From: Anthoceros angustus
Taxonomy: Eukaryota; Plantae; Anthocerotophyta
Length of the DNA: 64,000 nucleotides
Assembly (NCBI GenBank): GCA_010909165.1
Contig: VJWM01000063.1
Coordinates: forward strand, 62,001 to 126,000
Reading direction: 5' to 3'
The notes below the pieces were generated by a model, which was not told where the DNA came from, ran no database searches, and saw nothing but the letters and a program-made list of their open reading frames with translations. Below are positions 19,328 to 30,899 of this stretch, piece by piece. Positions within the stretch are counted from its first letter, which is position 1, and the number at the start of each line of letters is the position of its first letter. Both the position numbers and the translations under genes were made by a program.

Positions 19328-22054
19328 ATGAGTTCAAAGAATGCAGGTTTGGCAAACAACGAAGCCGCGAGCTGCACCACCTTTGCAAGCAAGCCAGTCT
19401 GTGCAGCCAGATGGGTGGCTGGAGACGGGCTCTTCTGGCAACAGTTCGTTCTGGACTCCAGGGTTTGGTGGAATCGTAGGCAGGGGGGCCCTGAACAATC
19501 TCTGCAAGCCGGTTGGATGGATGGATGCGCAGCTGATGGGCTTGCTGCACCTCCGTCCAAGTGGAGCGTGGGGCATGATCTTGGCCAAGGCAGACATGCA
19601 GGATACGAGAGATGGGTGTCGGCTGAAACCGTTAGCAAACTGTGCCGGCAGGGGCAGCTCGTTGAGGCCGTGGGCGCTCTGGGAGTTCTGGTGCACAGAG
19701 ACTCTCCAATCTCGGAATCTGTATTTTACACGGTGCTCAAAGTGTGTGTGGCTAAGAAGGATCTGCGTCTAGGCCGCCGTGTTCACGGTCTGAGCGTGAA
19801 GAAAGGGTATGAGTCGGGAACGTTCTTGTGCAATCACATTCTGCGAATGTATGCTTCTCATGGCAGGTTAGAAGAAGCTATGGATGTGTTCGCAAGGGTT
19901 GTGAAACCAGATGCCTTTACTTGGTCTGCTATGATCTCTGCTCATGTCAAGCATGGACAAGACAGGCAGGCTGTGGAGCTGTATCACAGGATGCGCAGGT
20001 CAAGTGTGAAGCCGGATGGACATGTGTTTGTAGCAGCTCTTCAGGCTTGTGCGAGGGCAGCAGACTTGAAGTCGGGGCAGGAGGTGCATGCTGATGTGTT
20101 GGCTGCTGGCGTTGAGCGTGATCTGTTTGTTGGAAGTTGCTTGGTGGACATGTATGCGAAGTGTGGCAGCTTGGAAGCTGCTCAAAGAGTGTTTGATAGT
20201 CTAGGGCGGAAAAGCGTGGTAACGTGGAGTTCCATGATAGCCGGATATTCCCAGCAGGGGATGGGGCAGAAAGCCCTTCGTCTGTACAGGGATATGCAAG
20301 AGGAAGGTACTGTTGCACCTGATGCTGTCACATTTGTGTGCCTCCTGCAGGCATGTGCAAGTCTGGGCCCCCCTGCCTTGGATGATGGAAAGCAGCTTCA
20401 TGCTCAAATTAGGGAACAAGGGCTTGAAAAGGATGTGTTTGTAGGCAGCAGTTTGGTAAACATGTATGCAAAGTGTGGCGATCTAAGGGATGCTCGGAGT
20501 GTGTTTGATGGCCTGGTTCACAAGAACGTGGTGACATGGAATGCTATAATAGCGGGATATGCCCAGCAGGGCATGGGGCAGGAAGCCCTTGCTCTTTTCA
20601 GGGCTATGCAGGAAGACAGCATGGCTGCACCTGATGCTGTGACGTTTGTGTCCGTCCTGCAGGCATGTGCAAGTGTTGGCACGAAAGCTTTGGAGAAGGG
20701 AAAGCAGCTTCATGTGCAGATTAGAGACCGAGGGCTTCAAGGTGATGGGTTCGTAGCCAACAGCCTGGTAAACATGTACGCAAAGTGCGGCAGCTTGGAG
20801 GATGCTCAGGGCGTGTTTGATGGACTCGGACAGAAGAATGTCGTCACGTGGAATGCTATGATTGCAGGATATTCCCAGCAGGGTATGGGCCGGGAAGCTC
20901 TTCTCCTTTACAACGCCATGCAAGAAGAAGGCATCGTTGCACCTGGTTCTGTGACATTTGTGTGCCTCCTGCAGGCATGTGCAAGTCTGGGCACCCCAGC
21001 TTTGGAGAAGGGAATGCAGCTTCATGCGCAAATTAGAGAACAAGGACTGCAAGCTGATGTATTTGTCGCCAGCAGTTTGGTGAACATGTATTCAAAGTGT
21101 GGCAGCCTGGAGCATGCTAGGGGCGTGTTTGACAGACTTGTGGAAAAGAATGTCGTGACGTGGAGTGCCATGATAGCAGGATATTCCCACCAAGGCATGG
21201 GCCAGGAAGCCCTTCATCTTTACAGGTCCATGCAAGACCAGGGCATTGTCGAGCTCGATTCTGTAACATCTGTGTGCCTCCTTCAGGCATGTGCAAGCGT
21301 GGCAGCTTTGCATGTGGGAAGACAGCTTCATGCGCAGATTGAAGATCAAGGACTTCACGCTGATGCCAGTGTCGGCAATAGTTTGATAAACATGTATGCA
21401 AAGTCGGGAAGCATGGTTGATGCACAGCAGGTCTTTGATGAGTTGCCAAAAAGAGATGTTTTCACCTGGAGTGCACTGATTGCCGGATACACCCGACAAG
21501 GCGACAGTAAGGAGGTCTTTGACCTGGTTCACAGAATGAGAGAGGATGGCTTGCAGCCAGACGGCATCACATTCCTCAGTGTACTAACAGTTTGTAGTCA
21601 CACGGGTCTAGTGGACAAGGGGCGAGAATACTTTGAGGCTATGAGCAAGCAGTATGGTATCACTCCCACCACAGACCACTACACCTGCATGGTGGATCTT
21701 CTGGGCCGTGCAGGGCAACTGGATGAGGCACTAGCTTTAGCAAGGACAATGCCTCTACAACCTGATGCTGCCGTTTGGCACACCCTAATGGGCTCTTGTC
21801 AGAAGTGGAACAACGTGCAGGTTGGACGCCAAGCCTTCGACGAAGCAGTGAAGTTAGACAAGAAAGACGCCGCTGCTTATGTGTTGATGTCGAACATTTA
21901 CACCAGTACCCAAATGTGGGAGCAGGCACACGAGTTGCAGGCGCGAAGAAAAAGAATCGAGGCGTGGAAGCAGCCAGGCCAAAGCTGGTGGACAGACATG
22001 GACGGACTGGTGCACAGCTTCTCTGTTCTGGATAAGAACACATCTCAGGAGTAA
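19328..22054 (+). CDS. PPR copy E: intact 908-aa PLS-PPR protein, E1/E2/E+ with WW-type PG box, no DYW domain, N-terminal truncated PDF motif
   Basis: Continuous ORF with four ~105-aa PLS triplets, P2-L2-S2, E1/E2 and ending WKQPGQSWWTDMDGLVHSFSVLDKNTSQE*. The N-terminus has FWQQFVLDSRVWWNRRQG. Confidence 0.92.
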   Translation: MSSKNAGLANNEAASCTTFASKPVCAARWVAGDGLFWQQFVLDSRVWWNRRQGGPEQSLQAGWMDGCAADGLAAPPSKWSVGHDLGQGRHAGYERWVSAETVSKLCRQGQLVEAVGALGVLVHRDSPISESVFYTVLKVCVAKKDLRLGRRVHGLSVKKGYESGTFLCNHILRMYASHGRLEEAMDVFARVVKPDAFTWSAMISAHVKHGQDRQAVELYHRMRRSSVKPDGHVFVAALQACARAADLKSGQEVHADVLAAGVERDLFVGSCLVDMYAKCGSLEAAQRVFDSLGRKSVVTWSSMIAGYSQQGMGQKALRLYRDMQEEGTVAPDAVTFVCLLQACASLGPPALDDGKQLHAQIREQGLEKDVFVGSSLVNMYAKCGDLRDARSVFDGLVHKNVVTWNAIIAGYAQQGMGQEALALFRAMQEDSMAAPDAVTFVSVLQACASVGTKALEKGKQLHVQIRDRGLQGDGFVANSLVNMYAKCGSLEDAQGVFDGLGQKNVVTWNAMIAGYSQQGMGREALLLYNAMQEEGIVAPGSVTFVCLLQACASLGTPALEKGMQLHAQIREQGLQADVFVASSLVNMYSKCGSLEHARGVFDRLVEKNVVTWSAMIAGYSHQGMGQEALHLYRSMQDQGIVELDSVTSVCLLQACASVAALHVGRQLHAQIEDQGLHADASVGNSLINMYAKSGSMVDAQQVFDELPKRDVFTWSALIAGYTRQGDSKEVFDLVHRMREDGLQPDGITFLSVLTVCSHTGLVDKGREYFEAMSKQYGITPTTDHYTCMVDLLGRAGQLDEALALARTMPLQPDAAVWHTLMGSCQKWNNVQVGRQAFDEAVKLDKKDAAAYVLMSNIYTSTQMWEQAHELQARRKRIEAWKQPGQSWWTDMDGLVHSFSVLDKNTSQE

Positions 22055-22251
22055 CATAAGGGCTGAAACATTCTTCTAGGTGTGTATATTCCTGGTCGAG
22101 TTTGTAATTTCCTATTGCAGTCAAACTCATGGGGCTAGAGATTTCACCAGCTTCGGAACAAGCTTATGGCAACTCCATCTTCTGCTGTCGTTGCCCAGGC
22201 AACGCCCGCGGTGTGCCAATGACACACTGTTGCACGGGGGAAGTGCAGATG

Positions 22252-22342
22252 GAGGCTAGGCAGAGGGTGGTGATATCACTGGCAGCAGACAGTAGAGAGG
22301 GTAGAGTGGAGAACCCACCCTCTCTGCCTAGCCTCTATATAA
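22252..22342. other. 19-bp inverted repeat (hairpin) abutting a TATATAA
   Basis: gaggctaggcagagggtgg (22252-22270) and ccaccctctctgcctagcctc (22315-22335), followed by tatataa (22336-22342). Confidence 0.6.
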
Positions 22343-22849
22343 TCCTGAAATGCTGCCATAGCCACAAGCTAGCAGGCCGGTGGCAGCAGTCACAAAACCC
22401 AGCGTTCATCGTTCAGGTCGGTAAGCGTTACATTTATGTCCACCAGGCAAGTGCCTACAAGCATGGTTTTTGTGTCCCCATTTCGCAGTCAGTGAGTGCA
22501 GTGCAGCTGCTCGGCCTCCTTCTGTGAGGCACAAGCACTTGCACACGTCATCTAGAGGCAAGGAAAGTTTCGCTGCCAGCCACCGCTCCGTGCCAGGCTG
22601 CGCAGCCTGCAGCAGCCTGTGAGCTTGGTCGGAGAGCCGGAGATGAAGAGGAGAGACAGATTGCGAGCCATCATGTCCACATTGGATGCCGATGGTGAGC
22701 TGGATGAGCTCGTGCATGCGCAGGAAGCGACTGGGGAAGCACTGGTCGCTGCAGCAGATGAGACCGGCGAGGAGGAGCATATGTAGACCGAGGCCACGGC
22801 TTTGCAGATCTTTTACACGACAGGGAGCACTGATTTGTGGACGTCGCGT

Positions 22850-23200
22850 ATGCGCTTGTGTTTTGAAGAAATGTGTTGTGAAAAAGGGATCTTTGTTGTG
22901 CAAAGGTCGCCGTGTGCATACTTTAACGGTGCGAACGAGGTATGAGTTGAATACGTTCTTGTGCAAACACACGCTATGGATGTGTGCTTCTCATGGCAGG
23001 ATTAGATGAAGCGATTGAGGGGGTCTTCGGGGATGCAGAACCGGATGCCTTCATGTGGTCCTCCAGGATTTCGGCCCATGTTAAACGGGGGCAGGACAAG
23101 CAGGCCGTAGAGCTATACCATGGGATGCGCTGGCCAAGGGTGAACCTTGTGGAAACGTGTTTGCGGGCAGCCCTTCAGACTTGGGCGTGGGGGCAGACTT
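22850..23200 (+). pseudogene. Truncated, frameshifted paralog of the N-terminal PPR motifs of copy E
   Basis: LKKCVVKK...GRRVHTLTV...YELNTFLCKH...ASHGR and EPDAFMWSSRISAHVKRGQDKQAVELYHGMR align with the corresponding copy E motifs. Confidence 0.75.
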
Positions 23201-24145
23201 GGAGGAAATTGGGAGTGCGCGTGCGTGCCTGCTCCAATATCCCTGCTACCTTATATTAGTGCTATTCTTATCAAATCAGAGAATCAAGGGGAGTTGATTG
23301 ATGTTGCTAAGAGAGATTTGCTTACTTGCTTTGGTTTATTACAAGTAGAATCTCTAGAATTAGTACTCCGATATATTCCTAATTTAACTGCTGGTCCAAT
23401 TGCGACTAGTAAGACTAATTCTATACAACCTCTCTTAAAATTTATCAAATCCGACTTTGAACTCAGACACAATGCCATTAGTGAAAAATTATCATTTTTG
23501 GCCAGTGGCTTCAATCATTTAGCACAATGTATTGAAGTATTAGATTCTAAAATTTCTAATAATTCTTTGCAGAAATCATCACTTTTACCTGCAGATTCTG
23601 TTCTTGATAAAATTCTTGAAGCAATGTCTCGCGTGATCTCCTCCGAGACAACACGCACACGACGTAGTCATGGATTTTAAATTCACCTGCCATGGTTGAT
23701 TGGGATGACGCTAGAGATCAACTTGACGAGTAGGTTAACAAAACGAAAGACCATTCTTCAACATTGGTCTATAATTATGCAGACAGTTCCTCCTCAGCCT
23801 TCTCATGAATCAACACTTATTGACGTGTGGATGATGAGCAACCTGCACAAAGATACAATTTTAGAACCAGACCAACCATTCCTGATCGTGCTGGTTGGAA
23901 GGAACCCCTATTAGGATACCTAGCTACTTCCGAAGCTGTATATCAGACGACTATCGACCCGGAAGAACATAATCAACTCATCCTTGGTTATTCATTACTC
24001 ATTTCTTTAAATAATTATTGTTTCGACATAATGGCATGTAAATATATTCATCTCCAACAACGATTTGAGGTGATAATTTCCAATCCCATATGTGAATGGT
24101 GCCACCTTATCACCTAATTTACATTTGGCTAACAATTTTTCTATT

Positions 24146-24688
24146 CTATTTGCTAATGGAGTCAAAAAAGTCTTCTTTGCCGTTTGCTAATGGAATCAAT
24201 TGTAATAATTTTCCAAATGGTTTTCGACAGCTATCCCCGTCTAATCCTGCCACTATAATTTTCTTTTCTTTATTAGTTGATTCTTCACAAAATTTTATCA
24301 AATCATAGATGAATTGAGCTTCATCTATATCAATGGTGTCTAACCTATCAAACTGATCTTCACCAATTATCAACTTTAAACTCTTCAACTCCAATATAGT
24401 TAGACAATCTTATCGTTCTCTTGTATATGCTACAACTGTATTAATTGCATATCTTTTGTCTTTGTCAGACTTAACAAAGATTGCTAATCTACCTGCTTCT
24501 TGTTCTAATGGTATGCTTCTTAATAAGCAACTTATCTTGCCACTAAACATAGGTTCCATAATAATGAATTTTTCTCTATTTTTATCATTATCACTCATTG
24601 TCACTCTATTTTTATCATTGTCACTCATTGTCACTCTATTTTTATCATTGTCACTCATTGTCACTCTATTTTTATCATTGTCACTCAT
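24146..24688 (-). pseudogene. TK1: Intronless plant-type thymidine kinase (TK1 family) pseudogene, AT-rich, C-terminally truncated
   Basis: P-loop IIMEPMFSGK, KSDKDKRYA, IDEAQF, IIVAGLDGD..RKPFG.LLQLIPLA. ORFs 24410-24730 and 24146-24394 are one frame split by a single TAA (24412-24410). No zinc-lasso CxxC region follows. Confidence 0.85.
24574..24688. repeat. 30-bp minisatellite, about 3.8 copies (MSDNDKNRVT on the minus strand)
   Basis: ctctatttttatcattgtcactcattgtca repeated directly. Confidence 0.95.
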
Positions 24689-27049
24689 GGCCAACTTCCT
24701 TGTGGCCATATGCAGCAACATGAATGCCATGAAGATCTAAGTAAAGTAGTACGCCAAACTCATTACAGAGCTATATTGGAAGGCTGGAACCACGACAATC
24801 AAAGTAAGCGCAATCCTCAGTTCTCCCCATTTTGCCCAGAGACCAACATTCTCTCTTTCAGCACGGGCTTCTTGCTGCAGGTACTTGTGGAGAGTGCAAA
24901 CAGGGTTCTTGTCATGTTCCTTATTGCAAACCATGCGGAAGCTTGCGTCCTTGCAAAGGATCGCACATCTTGTGAAGGGGTTAATATCCCAACCCCTTCC
25001 GTGAAATGAAACCCCTTAGCACAATTCACACCGAATACGCGTTTGGCTCTTTTTAAAAGCAGACATGTTCCAACGAGTAGGAATTGAGAAAAACTCTTTC
25101 GCACGACATGAAAGCGGTGCGGAGGCGGGCGCCTTTTCATTGATTCTTTGGAACATGGGAAGCGGGACATCAATTGCCTCAATGCAAGCGGGTCCATAAG
25201 TGATTGCGAACTAAGCGGCTGCAATGCACAGATCACTAAGCCTACTCCCTACGGCTAACTTGGGACTCGTCCGGGGTTGAGCAAACTCGAATCCATCACA
25301 ATAGCGATTTGAATCGCTCCACTTCCTCTTCATCGTAGTTCTCCCCAAGGCCCTAGTGTCTTCGTTTAGTCTTGTCTGAAGTGGTATGGGGTCGTGGAAG
25401 GCTGCCAAACGCTATCCAAGGATTGCTGTCCCCTGTCAAAAGTGCTCCAGCTTTTGGTCTTGACCGTCTTGCGTTTAAGGAAACAACTCGAGCTTGGAGT
25501 CCTTCTGATACACACCTCCTTTGCCCAGTGCAAGTCTCTGCGGTGGGCGTCAAATGTCGATTCTTCTTGACATCGGTAACCTCATGCCCGATCCTTTGTG
25601 CAATATATCCGCACACCTCAAGTCGCTTCTATAGCAATACAATTCATCCATAGTAGAGCCGCCGATAACGTTGTCCCACTCCCGAGCATACATCCAAAAC
25701 CCAATCCTCTCTCGAGAAGGTTCGGATAAGTTCATCATAAGGCCCGAGGCCTCGGTATGGGCAAACCACGACAGCCGTGGGACATGTACACTGTTTCTTC
25801 ACAAGTATCGTGAGCGATCACGACCTCCCATTGTTGAAAGTGCCGTGCATGGCATTGGGCATCATTGGAACTCTATCCTGTGAACCCATCTTTCATTCCC
25901 CAACCCATCGTGACATATTCCACGGTTTGAACCCACCCTGTCATTGTTCATGTTGGTCTTGTCCCATACAAATGAGACCAAGCCCTTTCTTGCACCACCT
26001 TCGCATGGACTCCGGCGGTGTGAGCCTCCTCCACACCATGCATGACAATCATTCTCAACTCATCGGAAGTTGTTTTCTCAGCTCGCAAAGCAGTGTCCAT
26101 CATCGCTTGTCAACACGTTTGTCCAAGGGCCCAACCCCTTGGAGCGTCCATCACCATAAGTGTGTCTTGGCGTCCTCTCGAAATCACGCATGTCGCCAAA
26201 TCTCGGCTTTCCACTTGATGCACTTGTTTATCCGAGGAGGGCACACCGAACACCTCGCCTCCTCAAGGTCCTTGTCCGCTAAAGCACGCTGCTCGTCCTC
26301 CAGCCCTTTCCAATTGTTCACCTCAAAATAAAATCTGAAGGCATCCGGAAGTTTGGACAAGACCTCAATGTCCTTCGATTCTTGCGAACCACAAGTTTGT
26401 TAGTCCAAAGTGGGAAAGAACCGAATGGGCGGCCGGCGGCGCCTCCATGACCTTGCGTGAGCATGGACAAGAAACTCACCTTTCCGGGCGATTTGAAACC
26501 ATGACGGTCAGTCATGGAATGCAGCGGATATTCCTCTCGGACCTCCTCAAATGAAGAGCACCCGGTGCTTGACCATCGCCACTTGTATGACATGAAACTT
26601 CTTCCAAGCGTGATCTCCTCATCCATGCCCTTCAAATCAATCGGGCGATTAACACCTTTTACATCGCGGTGACGAATTTCTTGTGCACTCTCAGTAGTAT
26701 GCCTTGGAACGATTTCCATGGCTTTGCCAACATGTCCTTGACTTCACGTACACAATGTCCATTTGCTTCTGCTCCTCAGTCAACTTGCGCTTCCCTTTCC
26801 CTTTCTTGCTTGTTCCTGCTGGTAAATGCTTCTTCTGTTCCGGTAGTTCTCCAGCCTCCCACTTCGAAAAAATAGAGTCTACATTGGCCCACACCTTTCC
26901 CTCCTGCTTGGCAATGCATAAAATGTGTGTGCGGTTATCCACTTTGTTCTGCTTATACACATCGTCTTGGCTTCATCATCCTCAATCGCCCAAGCACCTT
27001 ATGCATTGTACTTCCATGCCATTGTCATCTTCTCCTTCGTTTGCTATCA

Positions 27050-27470
27050 AAGCTCATCTCTTAAGTATCGGACGCTCAATGAAGTTCATCTTCTTCCGCT
27101 TTGTCCATAGTGTTGTGATCGGTGGCAAGGACTCGCATTTACGGTATAGTAAGCCCGCAATAGACATGCGCTTCAACGTATTGGAACCTCTTCTTCCCGG
27201 TGATATATATCATAGATGTTTCATGGTCGCATAAGTGTGGTTCCCACCAAGAACCCCATAACATATTTTTTCGCCATCTCTTCCATCCAACTTGAGGTCA
27301 TTGCACTCACTTGGATCAATCATACATAATAGTGGCGTACACCCTCCTCTATCCTCCCTTGAAATAACTCGCCGGATAATTGGCCCATGCCTCGTCAACC
27401 CCTGCATCTGCATCCGGTGTAATATCACGGGTCGTAAGTTCTCCAATTTCACCACTTGTCTCCATGACAA
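27050..27470 (-). pseudogene. ParB/sulfiredoxin-like domain fragment inside the transposon
   Basis: PLLCMIDP...YGVLGGNHTYATMKHL, followed downstream by DHN...KMNFIE. A GGNH..A motif is typical of ParB-like N-terminal domains. Confidence 0.4.
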
Positions 27471-30400
27471 CCTTCTTTCCGTTTTGAATCCCTTAGGCGA
27501 GTGAGGGGTGCATCGGCCTCAGCGTCGCATAAGGCGTTCTTCGTCTGTCAAAATATGCATGGGAATGCCACCAAACACTTCCTCTTGTCTGCCGCCCTTT
27601 TGATTTCTTTTCTTCCTCCCTCTCCGTGCTTCCACTGCCGGGTTTCTTCGCACCCTTGGAATCCAACACATGACACCCCTTGAGGCGCGTGGTCGTCTCT
27701 CTCCTATGGCGAGAGGCGGCCGGGCCCCCGCCTTCTTCCTCCGTCCATACCGTGTGTCCCCCGCACCCACTTCCTCATCTGCCTCCAACGTCGGCCTCTT
27801 CCACCGCGGTCCAGTGGAAGGGCTCTGTGGATGGAGGTATGCGGCGCCGGCCGGCGGCGCCTCCTATCTCCTTCACAGGCTGGATAAACCGGTTGGGATC
27901 CGGAGTGGCCAAGTCCGAGCCCTGCACTCTTCGCCTGGCGGCGCCGGCGCCCACAGCTACCTCCTCGGCATTCACTACATCTGTGTGCACACTCATAGAT
28001 GGCCCATGCCAAGCCTGGGTAAAATTGCCGCATCCCTATGTTCGTCTGTCCCCAGAGACTTCATCATCGGAATGTCCCCACGTCAGAATCGGGCCCTCTT
28101 CCTCATCGGATGGGCCAAGTTCGCTCTCTGGAAGTCTGTTTCGGGCTGCCTCTTCAACCATTCTTTGATGTCTGCACCCTTCTCATCGGCTCTCTCCTAT
28201 GATCAATGACTCTGGTTATCTTCCACAGATTGCCCTTATAAGGGCCATTCCTACCAAAGGTGGTGGAAAACAAACAAACAAGTTGAATGTTAGTCATCAA
28301 AGTCGGAGGGTTTCGCATAATGTCGTTGTTGAAACTTACGTAGCTGGCGCATGCATTGAACTCTTCCACTATTCGGAGGTGCACATTTTTGGCGTTGAAT
28401 CCTTGGAGGTGAGAACATAAGACCTGTAAAACTCGGGGTCTGGATGACGGCATCGAACTCGTATGGCAGTGGTGCACAATAGCGTGAACTCGGCTCCCCT
28501 CGTTCATGTCCATGTTTGCCCAGTTACCACCCGGCCTTGCTCTCGATTGCCCCCGATACCCCATTATCGAGTTTGAGCAAGGGGTCCATGTCTTGCTTCA
28601 ACCTCGGTGCGGATCCTGGACTAGCATCCAATCCTTCACAATGACAATAGGGTCTCTGGCCACCTGCGGATGTGCACTCTCTTCATAGCGAATGGCGGCG
28701 GAATTGGTCGACCGGATGCTTTGAAGCCTTGCCTCCCTCCTTCCCACTCCTTGCCCGCCCACTGCGTTACGCTTGTTTTCCCAAGACATGCTCCCATTTG
28801 CTTGCCCAGAGGCTATATGGCCCCCACCCTCCGAATGTCGGCGTGCCTCCCAAACTTCCTTCCAGCCACAGCCTTCCTCTCGTGCGGAACCTCGTCTTTG
28901 CGATTTACGGATGTCTTCGTCTTAAGCTTTTGCCTTCTTCGCCATTCTGCGGGGTGGAGGATCGAATCCTCACCAGTCCTTCTTGCTCCGCCTTCCGCTC
29001 GCCATCTTTAAGAATGAACCCTGCAGACTGTCAGCACATCACGAATTTGGAAGGCAGCAAACAATTGTTTCACATGGAAGTAGAACGAACCTCCCTCGCA
29101 GACCCCGCCGATTGATGCACCTGAGGAATGCCCGGCTCCTGTCTCCCCAACCCTGAGCGTCTGCCCGTGATAGCTGAAATCCCAAGCGCGCGCGGCTGCG
29201 AAGGGAGGATTCGTGGAATTGTGGACGGACACCTCCTCCAAATCGGGCAACACCGCGGTCGACGCTCCTCGTTACTTCTCCTCAAGTGGAAGTCTTGGCA
29301 CGCTCCACCGTGACGGCAAGTGGCAAGAAAACAAATAGTAATTAGGGTTTCCTCCCCAACGGTATTTATAGCCCAAAAACATGCTGTATTAACTTATGCC
29401 AAGATATATCCATATACCCCATATATAAACCACGATATGAACCATAACCCTATTGACTTGGGTGACGGCCGCACACTCAATGTGGACAATAAAAGCGGAG
29501 GCGCGATATGCCGTTAGATATAGTATCGGGAACTCCATCATGTTGTCGTTATTACAGAGGAACATAATATCCTACCCTACCCGACGCCTATCCATAAAGA
29601 CAATGGCCATCTTCACCATTTTCCTCGTCCGGAGGTCTCTTCCGGAAGACACACGGTGGTTTCAAACGACGCGAGTGTGGTTTCAATCGGCTCTTCTACA
29701 AGTTGTCGCATACCATGTTGCGCTCACCCACACCACTAGCGAAGAGGTTTGAGTTCGGCCCTTTTGGAAGGATTACTTGGTTTTCACCCCTATCTTGTTT
29801 TGATTCGAGTTCGATTAGTGCATCCGGTTGCGGGATGAACAATGGGAAGAAGGTTTCTCTTCACAATGTCGCGTGTTTCCGTAAAGATGGAAGCGAGTAG
29901 ACTGTTGAGCAGCCACCACGTCCCACGAACACAGGCATCACCGTCGAGTGCGTTTTGCCATTCCGAAAGGCGTGTTGATAATGAAGGTAGAGGATGATTT
30001 TTCCATATGGGCTGGGCGCTAGTCTTTGTATCAACCGGTTGTGGGATTTTGATGCATTCTTCCGATATTGTTGTTCGGTCTGGCGCGAAGGCGCGCCGAT
30101 TCCGTCGCCAACCGTCCGCGGTGTTCCTCCAACACCTAGGAATTTGCATCGGTATCTTTGCGTTGGAGGAAGCCCATCCAACCGACGTTCAAGCTTCCCG
30201 AATGGCGTTGGCGTTCTCCCGGATACATCGACGGTTTACGCCGTGGTTTGTTTTCCTGCGGATTGATGCGTCCGCTCACCGGTTGAGGAAGGTCCCATTT
30301 GACAATGAAGATTCGGCGTGTTTGATCACGATGCATGTCGTTCCTTCCATCCCAAGCCTTTGAGTGAGTCTCAAGGCTCCAACAAGGCGGTTGTTATATC

Positions 30401-30899
30401 ACGCCAAGAAGAGAAGCTGGAGTGTCGTTCGGCGAAGGGGATACAATGACTGCATTTCAAGAAGCCTTGTTGCATAAAATGTGTTTGCTGCGGTTGGGGA
30501 AAGCGCGATTTCAAGAACAACGTGCGCTTTCTTAGCATGGGGAGGCGAGCAGGAGACATATCTGCGGTCTCTTGTTCACCCATCGGATCCCGAGGTGATA
30601 GGGCGAAAGTGGTGACACATGTCATGGGGCGACTATGCGCCGCTTGAAGGCTTTTAGAAGAGTACATTGTCTTGGCCACAGGAGGTATGAGGAGCTAAAG
30701 AGCGAGTCATTCGGAATCACCTTGGGATGGATTTGAACCAAACCGAAGGTCGGCGTGCGATGGATGCCCTTTCGTGGATGGACAACGCTTTCACGTTTAT
30801 GGTAGCGGTACAAACTTGGATGTTTTAATCGCCCGACACGTATACAAAGTTGGAAATATGGACCTTGTACAAGCGTCTGAAAACTCTAACACTGCCACG

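Noticed and set aside
24410-24412. TK internal TAA as a U-to-C-editable stop (organellar insert)
   Set aside because: The aligned plant residue is hydrophobic rather than Gln or Arg, the gene is also truncated, and there is no other sign of organellar DNA.
29700-30400. Possible packaging ATPase (Polinton or virus-like) in the DNA transposon
   Set aside because: No Walker A/B motifs could be identified in any frame provided.
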